A stretch of 64,000 nt of DNA from an uncultured virus (IMG/VR IMGVR_UViG_3300031998_000016) (lineage: Duplodnaviria; Heunggongvirae; Uroviricota; Caudoviricetes): IMG/VR virus record IMGVR_UViG_3300031998_000016. One strand, 5' to 3'. The notes under the pieces are model-generated. The model was not told where the DNA came from. It was given only the letters and a program-made list of their open reading frames with translations, and searched no databases. The position numbers and the translations under genes were made by a program. Positions within the stretch are counted from its first letter, which is position 1. The number at the start of each line of letters is the position of its first letter. This document shows positions 10,685 to 18,618 of the stretch, in pieces.

Positions 10685-11527
10685 ATGGGATTTATTTATA
10701 AAATTACTAATTTAATCAATCAAAAAGTTTATATCGGACAAACATCTAGAACAATAGATATTCGGTGGTAGCAGCATCTTGAACTTTCTAAAACGGGAGA
10801 AACACATCTGTATCGAGCCATGAGAAAATATGGTATAGAAAATTTTTCTATAGAACAAGTGGAGGAAACATCTTTACTTAATGAAAGGGAAATTTTTTGG
10901 ATTGATTATTATAAAAGCTTTGAGAAAGGTTATAATATGACTCTTGGCGGAGAAGGTGGCAAAAAGATTCAAATAGATAAAATAATCTCTTTGTGGAATC
11001 AGGGATTAAATTTATCTGATATTTCTTTAAAAACTGGTCATGCAATACGACACATAAGTAATGCATTATAGACAGAAGGTATTACAAAAGAAGAAATTTT
11101 TAATCGAGGCCAAGAGACGGCATGTGCTAAAAGAAGTGTTCCTGTATATAAATTTGATTTAAATGGTAATTTTATTAATAGTTATTGTTCAGCCAAGGAA
11201 GCTGGTAGAGATAATAATTTATCAGCTTCACACATTTTAAATTGCTGCAATGGTAAAGAATTAAGTTGTGGTGGATTTTTATGGAGTTTTTCTCAACAAA
11301 TTGGTAAACAAAATGTTTCCAAGAAAAAATAGGGTGGAAAAATAGATAAACGTCCTGTTGAACAAAGAGATAAAAACAATAATTATATTCAAACCTTTGA
11401 ATCATTAGGTGCCGCGGCGAAAGCCGTAAACGGTTCTTCGGCAAACATTTTTGCTGCTTGTAATGGAAGGCAAAAAACTGCTTATGGTTTTAAATGGAAT
11501 TACGACATGGTGGAGGTGAGAAAATGA
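10685..11527 (+). CDS. GIY-YIG homing endonuclease with two NUMOD1-like repeats, 280 aa (3 TAG)
   Basis: GFIYKITNLINQKVYIGQT, GYNMTLGGEG, and two PV..xD.NG...F.S...A...CC.G....GF.W repeats. TAG at 10769, 11069, 11330. Ends TGA overlapping the next ATG. Confidence 0.85.
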
Positions 11528-12021
11528 ACGAAGTAATACTTGCCGCGATATTTGCCGGTGTTGGCTCTGTAATTACCATTATTGGTAAAGTTGTTGTTGA
11601 TATAATCAAAGCAAAGAAAGAGCCTGATGAAATGGATATGGAACTTAAACAAGAACTTGAAACAGAAAAACATAAAAACGACGAAGCGATAGCAGCTTTT
11701 ACTGATTTTGGTAAAGAAATTTCGCAATCCGTTGAACAGCTTAAATAGGAAGTTTCAAGTTTAAAGGATGATATGGCTAGCCGTATTGAAGATATAGAAA
11801 GAAAAATGGATGATTACCGTAATGAAACTAGGGAAATCAATAAATCAAGTCTTCGGCACGAAATTACTCAAATCTATTTTGCGAACTGTGATAAGAAAGC
11901 TATAGATATGAGAACAAAAGAAGACTTAGCTTCATTATACGATGCATATGCTTCAATAGGCGGAAATTCATTTGCCCATGATTTATACGAAGAAATGTAG
12001 AGATGGGATATTATTAAGTAA
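11524..12021 (+). CDS. Holin-like membrane protein, 165 aa (2 TAG)
   Basis: N-terminal TM helix, coiled coil, and C-terminal YDAYASIGGNSF motif typical of Firmicute-phage holin-annotated proteins. TAG at 11746 and 11998; ends TAA. Confidence 0.6.
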
Positions 12022-12026
12022 AAAGA

Positions 12027-12057
12027 ATGGAGGTAGATAACATCTGCCTCCGTTTTT
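12027..12057 (+). terminator. Intrinsic terminator closing the 9343-12021 island
   Basis: ATGGAGGTAGAT-AAC-ATCTGCCTCCGT-TTTT. Confidence 0.75.
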
Positions 12058-12062
12058 ATCTC

Positions 12063-12091
12063 TTTACTTTTTTTAAATTTTATGCTATAAT
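12063..12091 (+). promoter_or_regulatory. Sigma-A-like promoter
   Basis: TTTACT-17-(TG)TATAAT. Confidence 0.75.
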
Positions 12092-12117
12092 TAATTTATA
12101 AAGAAAGAGGTGAGAAC

Positions 12118-12330
12118 ATGGTAAAAGAAAGTATTGTCAAGAATGGTAAAGAACAGGCTCAACTCGCCGCCATTTTTGAAAGATGGATTGACGAGGGACA
12201 GACAGGGCAAGAACTTGTTGTTGAGTCTGATTATGATTTTTGCGGCGAAAAACTTAACCGATATGTTAACTCCCTTGCTTTAAAATTAAAATGGCGTTAT
12301 AATACAATACATTTTATAGAAAAGGAGTGA
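12118..12330 (+). CDS. Hypothetical protein, 70 aa
   Basis: RBS GAGGTG, first gene after a promoter. Confidence 0.7.
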   Translation: MVKESIVKNGKEQAQLAAIFERWIDEGQTGQELVVESDYDFCGEKLNRYVNSLALKLKWRYNTIHFIEKE

Positions 12331-12334
12331 TGTT

Positions 12335-14551
12335 ATGGAGAAGGTAATTAAACGAAATGGAGAAATCGTTGATTACGAAGGACTAAAAATTGAAAATGCC
12401 GTATATGGTGCTTTCAAGGAAGTCTATCCTAACTCAGAAGAACAAGACAGTGTTCTCATTGAAATGGCCGTAAAGATGATGGTTGAGGTTAAGTTTAGTG
12501 ATGTTGATGCTGTGAGTGTTGAAGAAATACAGGACGCTGTTGAAGAAAGCTTAATGCTGCTTGACAAGGACGTAGCTAAGGCATATATCCAGTATAGATA
12601 TAAAAGAGCTATAGCAAGAGATTCCCTTGATGCTCAGGTACTTGCTCTCTTAAAGGGAGAAAATGAATACCTGAAAACAGAAAATTCCAATAAAGACTGT
12701 GATATAGTAACAACTCAAAGAGATTATATTGCCGGTCTTACAAGTAAGGATATTTCTGCAAGATACCTTTTACCAAAGGATATTATAAAGGCGCATAATG
12801 CTGGACTTATTCATTTCCATGATATGGACTATTTTGTGCAGCCAATTAATAACTGCTGTCTATCAAACATGGATGACATGTTACAGAATGGTACAGTTAT
12901 GAACAAAAAGTTAATTGAACCTTCGAGTAAATTAATGAATAGAACAACAGTTATGACACAGCTCATTACTGCTATTTCAAGTTCTCAGTACGGCGGACAG
13001 ACAGTTAATTTATCAGCACTCTCACCGTATGTAAGAGAAACTCACGAACGCCTAAAGGAAAAGTATCGTAGCATGGGTTGTCTTGATGAAAAGGGTGTGG
13101 AATATTACGCATGGAAAGATATGCAGAAAGAAATCGAAGATGCAGTTCAGACCTTTAATTATCAGATTAATTCAATGTCTACAACAAATGGACAGACACC
13201 TTTTATTAGTGTGTTTATGAATATTGGTGATAAGGAAGGTTATGAACAGGAAACAGCCGCACTTATCAGAGAGTTCTTCAAGCAGAGAATTGAGGGTATG
13301 AAAAATGAACAGGGTGTTGCAGTTACACAGGAATTCCCTAAGTTACTTTACGTGCTCGATGAAAATAATGTTAAGCCGGGAAGTAAGTATTATGATGTGA
13401 CTCAGCTTGCCGCAGAATGTGTGGCAAAACGTATGCAGCCTGACTTCATTTCAGCAAAGAAAATGAGAGAATATAAAGACGGCAATGTATATGGTTGTAT
13501 GGGTTGTCGTAGCTTCCTTTCTGTAGATAGATTTACAGAACAATATGGTAATATTGCAAAGGCAAAGAATTTTGATGGCAAGCCTAAGTTCTGGGGCAGA
13601 TTCAATCAGGGCGTTGTTTCAATTAACCTTCCGGACGTAGCCTTTTCATCAGGCGGTGATATGGATAAATTTTGGCAGCTTATGGATGAAAGAACAGAGC
13701 TTTGTCATAAAGGTTTAAAATGCCGCCACGAAAGACTTGAAGGTACATTATCAGATGTAGCCCCTATCTTATGGCAGCATGGTGCTTTTGCAAGACTTAA
13801 GCCGGGCGAAAAGATTGATGAATTACTTCACCATGGTTATTCAACAATTAGTCTTGGTTATGCCGGACTTTATGAGTGTGTTAAGTACATGACAGGTCAC
13901 TCACATTCTGACCACGGAGTTGGTGAGGAATTTGGACTTAAGGTTATGCAGTACCTTAATGATAAGTGTGAGAAATGGAAGGCCGAAGAAGACATAGACT
14001 ATTCACCATATGGAACCCCTATTGAGTCCACAACCGATAAATTCGCTCGTGGATTAAAGAAGCGTTTTGGTGATGATATTTTTGTTAAGCTCGATGGTAA
14101 AGATAGAAATTACATTACTAATAGTTATCATGTTCCAGTATTTGAACACATCAATCCTTTTGAAAAACTGGAGATTGAAAGTAATTTCCAAGCATTGAGC
14201 ACAGGTGGTGCTGTTTCATATATTGAAGCCGCAAATCTTGAAAATAATATTGATGCTGTATTACAGGTTATTTCATTTATGTATGACCACATCTTATATG
14301 CAGAAATCAATACAAAGTCTGACTATTGTATGAAGTGTGGATATGATAAGGAAATTAAGATTATCACAGATGAAAATGGTAAACTTGATTGGGAATGTCC
14401 ACAGTGCGGAAACCGTGACCACAGATTTATGTCTGTAGCAAGACGTACCTGTGGATACATAGGTGCAAACTTCTGGAACCAGGGTAGAACAGACGAAATC
14501 AATAATAGATTTGTGCATTTAGATTGCCACGAGTTAGGAGAGATTAAATGA
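12335..14551 (+). CDS. nrdD: Anaerobic (class III) ribonucleoside-triphosphate reductase with ATP cone
   Basis: VIKRNG ATP cone, HFHDMDY, NNCCL, MGCRSFL, CxxC...CxxC, glycyl-radical RTCGYIG. Confidence 0.95.
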   Translation: MEKVIKRNGEIVDYEGLKIENAVYGAFKEVYPNSEEQDSVLIEMAVKMMVEVKFSDVDAVSVEEIQDAVEESLMLLDKDVAKAYIQYRYKRAIARDSLDAQVLALLKGENEYLKTENSNKDCDIVTTQRDYIAGLTSKDISARYLLPKDIIKAHNAGLIHFHDMDYFVQPINNCCLSNMDDMLQNGTVMNKKLIEPSSKLMNRTTVMTQLITAISSSQYGGQTVNLSALSPYVRETHERLKEKYRSMGCLDEKGVEYYAWKDMQKEIEDAVQTFNYQINSMSTTNGQTPFISVFMNIGDKEGYEQETAALIREFFKQRIEGMKNEQGVAVTQEFPKLLYVLDENNVKPGSKYYDVTQLAAECVAKRMQPDFISAKKMREYKDGNVYGCMGCRSFLSVDRFTEQYGNIAKAKNFDGKPKFWGRFNQGVVSINLPDVAFSSGGDMDKFWQLMDERTELCHKGLKCRHERLEGTLSDVAPILWQHGAFARLKPGEKIDELLHHGYSTISLGYAGLYECVKYMTGHSHSDHGVGEEFGLKVMQYLNDKCEKWKAEEDIDYSPYGTPIESTTDKFARGLKKRFGDDIFVKLDGKDRNYITNSYHVPVFEHINPFEKLEIESNFQALSTGGAVSYIEAANLENNIDAVLQVISFMYDHILYAEINTKSDYCMKCGYDKEIKIITDENGKLDWECPQCGNRDHRFMSVARRTCGYIGANFWNQGRTDEINNRFVHLDCHELGEIK

Positions 14552-15021
14552 ACTATGCTAAAATAAATAGCATGGATATAGCCAACGGAGATGGAATTCG
14601 AGTTTCCATCTTCTTCTCTGGCTGTGTTCATCACTGTAAGGGTTGTTTTAATAGAGAGTTATGGGACTTTAATTATGGCAAGAAATTTACAGAAAAAACT
14701 TTGGAAGATGTAAAGAAAGCTCTTGCGCCGCAATATATAAAAGGACTTTCAGTTTTAGGCGGCGAACCATTTAACCAAGATGCAGAAGAATTCCTTAACT
14801 TTATAAAAGAAATAAAGGAAACATATCCGGAAAAGAATATTTGGGTATGGACTGGATATAGCTTTAAAGACATTCAGAATGCAGATGTGCTTGAATATAT
14901 TGACTATATTGTTGATGGTAGATTTGTGGAAAGTAAGAAAGACCTTACACTTAGATTTCGCGGCTCATCAAATCAACACATTTGGCATAAGATTGATAAT
15001 GAGTGGAAAAAGGAGGAATAA
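14548..15021 (+). CDS. nrdG: Anaerobic RNR activating radical-SAM protein
   Basis: NGDGIRVSIFFSGCVHHCKGCFN, GGEP, FRGSSNQ; adjacent to nrdD. Confidence 0.95.
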   Translation: MNYAKINSMDIANGDGIRVSIFFSGCVHHCKGCFNRELWDFNYGKKFTEKTLEDVKKALAPQYIKGLSVLGGEPFNQDAEEFLNFIKEIKETYPEKNIWVWTGYSFKDIQNADVLEYIDYIVDGRFVESKKDLTLRFRGSSNQHIWHKIDNEWKKEE

Positions 15022-15022
15022 G

Positions 15023-15190
15023 ATGACTAATACAGAATTATGTAGAGAAATCAAAGAAATGGGTGAAGATTACAGAAACGGTTCTGAACTTTTAAAGATG
15101 ATGGAATATTACGGTGTAACTAATCTTAGTTCTATTTCTGATGCACAGGCAAAAGCATATTTAGAAATGATTAAAAGGGAGAGAAAGTAA
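15023..15190 (+). CDS. Hypothetical protein, 55 aa
   Basis: RBS AGGAGG before ATG 15023; TAATG-coupled to thyX. Confidence 0.65.
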   Translation: MTNTELCREIKEMGEDYRNGSELLKMMEYYGVTNLSSISDAQAKAYLEMIKRERK

Positions 15191-15858
15191 TGACAGTAGA
15201 ATTATTAAGCTCAACAGAAAATCCGGTTTGGACTTGTGCAGTTGCCGCAAGTATGTGTTATGATTCAAAGCCTTCGTATGATACAGTTAAAGGTTGTATT
15301 AAGTCCGGTCATCACAGTATCTTAGAACACGCTTCATTTACTTTTAAAATTACAGGAGTAAGCCGCTCACTTCTTGCACAGCTTACAAGACATAGACTTG
15401 CTTCGTTTAGTGTACAGTCACAGCGTTATTGCTCCTATGCAGAAGCAGATGTTAATTTTGTTATGCCAGGTAATGACAAGTATCTGAATGGAGAAATACT
15501 CGAATCTGCTTATGATTCTCTTTCTGCATACAATCAGATAATTGCACATGGTCATGCTCCGGAAGACGCAAGAGCAGTCCTCCCTAACTGTATGCCTACA
15601 AGTCTCTGTATGACAGTTAATCTTAGAGAACTTGCTACAATTTGTAATCAAAGATTATGTGCTCATGCACAGGCTGAGATTCGTCAGCTTTTTGCGGCAA
15701 TTAAAAAAGTTCTGTTAGATTGCACTAAATTCTCAGACAAAGATAAAGAAATTTTCAGGCTGTTGCTTGTACCAAAGTGTGAAACTCACCCAGTTCCATA
15801 TTGTACAGAAGCTAAGAGTTGTCACAAATATAAATATTTAACGGAGTTGGTAAAGTAA
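15190..15858 (+). CDS. thyX: Flavin-dependent thymidylate synthase
   Basis: GHxSxLEH, RHRLASFSVQSQRY, EDARxVLP, AQxEIR. Confidence 0.95.
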   Translation: MTVELLSSTENPVWTCAVAASMCYDSKPSYDTVKGCIKSGHHSILEHASFTFKITGVSRSLLAQLTRHRLASFSVQSQRYCSYAEADVNFVMPGNDKYLNGEILESAYDSLSAYNQIIAHGHAPEDARAVLPNCMPTSLCMTVNLRELATICNQRLCAHAQAEIRQLFAAIKKVLLDCTKFSDKDKEIFRLLLVPKCETHPVPYCTEAKSCHKYKYLTELVK

Positions 15859-16595
15859 TGGTATATCAGGGTTCAAAGGAAAAACTCGCTAAGGACATCG
15901 TTCCGGTTCTTCAGCGTATAATTAAAGAAAATGATATTAAAACATATATCGAACCATTCTGTGGTTCCGCCGCGATAGTTGATAAGATTGTATGCCCGGA
16001 GCGTATTGCTTCGGACATTAATCCATATTTAATTAGCTTGCTTAAGTATGCACAATCAGACCCAACATTATCTATGTTTCCGCTGGAGTGTCCAAAAGAA
16101 CATTATGTGGAAATGAGAGAATGTTTTAAGAAAGATTGCTTCGATGAATATTCTATGGCTTATGTGGCTGGTATTGGATATTTTGCAAGTTATGGCGGCA
16201 GATTTTTTGATGGTGGTTATGGTAAAGACCCGTCAGGTAAACGTAACATTTATGCTGAACGTGTGAAGAATATGAGAGAACAAGCTTTACATTTAAAAGG
16301 CATTGACTTTTTCTGCCGCGATTATAAGGAATACAGGAGTGAGGATTATGAAAACTGTTTATTCTACATTGATTGGCCGTATGTGGGCACTAAACAATAT
16401 GGTAGATTTCCATTACGTCATGATGATGAACTTTATAATTGGGCTAGAGAACTTGGTAAGCGTAATCATGTTATAATCAGCGAATACACAATGCCAGAAG
16501 ACTTCAAGGAAATTTGGCACAAGGAACGAAAAGTTTGTCAAAGGTCTGACAGAGTTAAGGCTGATTCAGCAATTGAAAAATTATTTACAATCTGA
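15858..16595 (+). CDS. DNA adenine methyltransferase, Dam/D12-like (motif IV DWPY)
   Basis: YQGSK, YIEPFCGS, SDIN, FYIDWPY, ISEY, EKLF. Confidence 0.8.
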   Translation: MVYQGSKEKLAKDIVPVLQRIIKENDIKTYIEPFCGSAAIVDKIVCPERIASDINPYLISLLKYAQSDPTLSMFPLECPKEHYVEMRECFKKDCFDEYSMAYVAGIGYFASYGGRFFDGGYGKDPSGKRNIYAERVKNMREQALHLKGIDFFCRDYKEYRSEDYENCLFYIDWPYVGTKQYGRFPLRHDDELYNWARELGKRNHVIISEYTMPEDFKEIWHKERKVCQRSDRVKADSAIEKLFTI

Positions 16596-16601
16596 TAAAA
16601 T

Positions 16602-16631
16602 TCCCGTGGTCTTCTGTGACTGCGGGATTTT
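16602..16631 (+). terminator. Probable intrinsic terminator
   Basis: TCCCGTGGTC-TTCTGT-GACTGCGGGA-TTTT. Confidence 0.6.
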
Positions 16632-16648
16632 CCAGTTTTTGTAAAGTA

Positions 16649-16677
16649 TTTACTTTTATTTAAAAATGTGATATAAT
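16649..16677 (+). promoter_or_regulatory. Sigma-A-like promoter
   Basis: TTTACT-17-(TG)TATAAT. Confidence 0.75.
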
Positions 16678-16707
16678 TGATTTAGAAATTAAAAAGGAGT
16701 TGATTAA

Positions 16708-18561
16708 ATGGCTAACGTTGTAGATAATTATGGCGTAGATAAGATTGAACATCTTGAAACACGAGAAGCCATGCGTACTCGAATTCAAGCATATCTTGGT
16801 AGTGATGATACAAATGGTATCTATCAGGCATTAAAGGAAATCATCAATAACTCAACAGATGAAGCACTTGCCGGCTACGGTGATAAACTTGAAATTGATG
16901 TAGACGAATCTCAGAACAAAATCAGAGTAAGAGACTATGGCCGAGGAGTTCCATTTGGTATAGTAAATGGACGTAACATTCTTGTTGCGATTTATACTGA
17001 AGCTCATACAGGTGGTAAGTTTAATAAAGGTGCTTATAAGAATAGTTCAGGTCTGAATGGTCTTGGCGGCACAGCAGTATGTATGTCATCTGAATCATTC
17101 TATGTTACGTCTGTAAGAAATGGTACAGCGGCAACAGCAACCTTTAATAAAGGTAATCTTCTTGACTATAAGGAAACTTCAACTAACCTTCCTAATGGTA
17201 CAACGGTTGAATTTATTCCAGATAAAGAGGTTTATAAAAACATGGAAGATGGCTTTACCTTTGATAAGGTTTGTGAAGATATTAAAAACGTAGCTTATCT
17301 TAATAAAGGTATTCGTTTTATAGTTACAAGTAGCGATAAGAAAAAGGAATTCTATTCTGAAAATGGTATTGGCGATTTTATTAAGGAAGTTAGCACAAAA
17401 CCTTTGATGAAGAATCCTATTATCACCTCGGCAACTGATGGAACGGATACGGTAGAAGTAGCTTTCCTTTGGACTGGCGGAGCAAACAAAGAATATACTT
17501 ATGTAAATGGTCTTTTCTGTCCAATGGGCGGTCAGCCAATTACAGGTATTCGCCGCAAACTCACAACAAAGATTAAGTCATTAACTGGAAAGAGTTTTGA
17601 TGTTGATATTATAAGACGAGGTTTTGTAGTTGTTGCTAACTGTAAAGTGCTTGAACCTTCATTCGAAGGACAGACAAAGAGCAAGGTAAACAATACAAAC
17701 TTATCCACTCTTGCTGGAAAAGCACTTGATGAAGGCTTAGAGAATTTTTCAAAAACATCTGAATTTGAAGCCATTATTGCTCTTATAGAGAAGATTTCAA
17801 ATGCGGAAAAGATTGCTGATAAGGCAAGAGAAGCTGCTATGAATTCTGAAAAAGAAATTGATTCAATGAGAAAGAAAAAGGGTCTTGTTTTAGATAAGGT
17901 AAATGATGCAAAGAAACTTGGCCTTGATTCTACACTTTTTGTTTGTGAGGGCGATTCTGCCGCTGGTTCAGCAGAAAAGGGTAGAGATAAAGACCTTCAT
18001 GGCATATTTATCGCAAGAGGTAAGTTTATCAATCCATTAACTTGTTCACTGGATAAATACTTATCAAATGCAGAAATTCAGCAAATACAAGTTGCTGTTG
18101 GTATTGACCACGGTAAGAAGTTAGACCACAAAAAATTACGCTATGGTCGTATTTGTGTATTCGTTGACCCGGATGTTGACGGTGCTCACATATTCTTACT
18201 TTTACTTCTTAACATTTGGCGGCTTTGCCCACAGTTTGTTAAGGAAGGTAGAATTGGTTGGTATCATGCTCCACTCTTTATTGTTGAAAATGGTAAAAAG
18301 AAAACTTATTTTTACACAGACGAAGATTACAATGAACGAGGTAGACAGTTACCGGGCGTTGTAAAGAGAGTAAAAGGTCTTGGTCTTTTATCAAAACAGG
18401 AATTAAGAGATGCTGTCTTTAATTGCCCTGAAGCACAGGAAATGTTTGAATACACTCCAGAAGCCATGGAAGCTCTTGAAGCATTAATGGGCGCAGATGT
18501 TACTCCTAAGAAAGACTTCGTATTTTCAACAATTGACTTTAGCGACTATGGTGAAATGTAA
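16708..18561 (+). CDS. gyrB: Type IIA topoisomerase subunit B (GyrB/ParE-like)
   Basis: EIINNSTDE, DYGRGVP, HTGGKF, GLNGLG, EGDSA, RGK, DPDVDG, KGLG. Confidence 0.9.
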   Translation: MANVVDNYGVDKIEHLETREAMRTRIQAYLGSDDTNGIYQALKEIINNSTDEALAGYGDKLEIDVDESQNKIRVRDYGRGVPFGIVNGRNILVAIYTEAHTGGKFNKGAYKNSSGLNGLGGTAVCMSSESFYVTSVRNGTAATATFNKGNLLDYKETSTNLPNGTTVEFIPDKEVYKNMEDGFTFDKVCEDIKNVAYLNKGIRFIVTSSDKKKEFYSENGIGDFIKEVSTKPLMKNPIITSATDGTDTVEVAFLWTGGANKEYTYVNGLFCPMGGQPITGIRRKLTTKIKSLTGKSFDVDIIRRGFVVVANCKVLEPSFEGQTKSKVNNTNLSTLAGKALDEGLENFSKTSEFEAIIALIEKISNAEKIADKAREAAMNSEKEIDSMRKKKGLVLDKVNDAKKLGLDSTLFVCEGDSAAGSAEKGRDKDLHGIFIARGKFINPLTCSLDKYLSNAEIQQIQVAVGIDHGKKLDHKKLRYGRICVFVDPDVDGAHIFLLLLLNIWRLCPQFVKEGRIGWYHAPLFIVENGKKKTYFYTDEDYNERGRQLPGVVKRVKGLGLLSKQELRDAVFNCPEAQEMFEYTPEAMEALEALMGADVTPKKDFVFSTIDFSDYGEM

Positions 18562-18564
18562 TTC

Positions 18565-18593
18565 TTTACTTTTCTATCAAAACGTGGTATAAT
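18565..18593 (+). promoter_or_regulatory. Sigma-A-like promoter
   Basis: TTTACT-17-(TG)TATAAT. Confidence 0.7.
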
Positions 18594-18618
18594 AGTTATA
18601 TTAAAGGAGTGAAGATAA

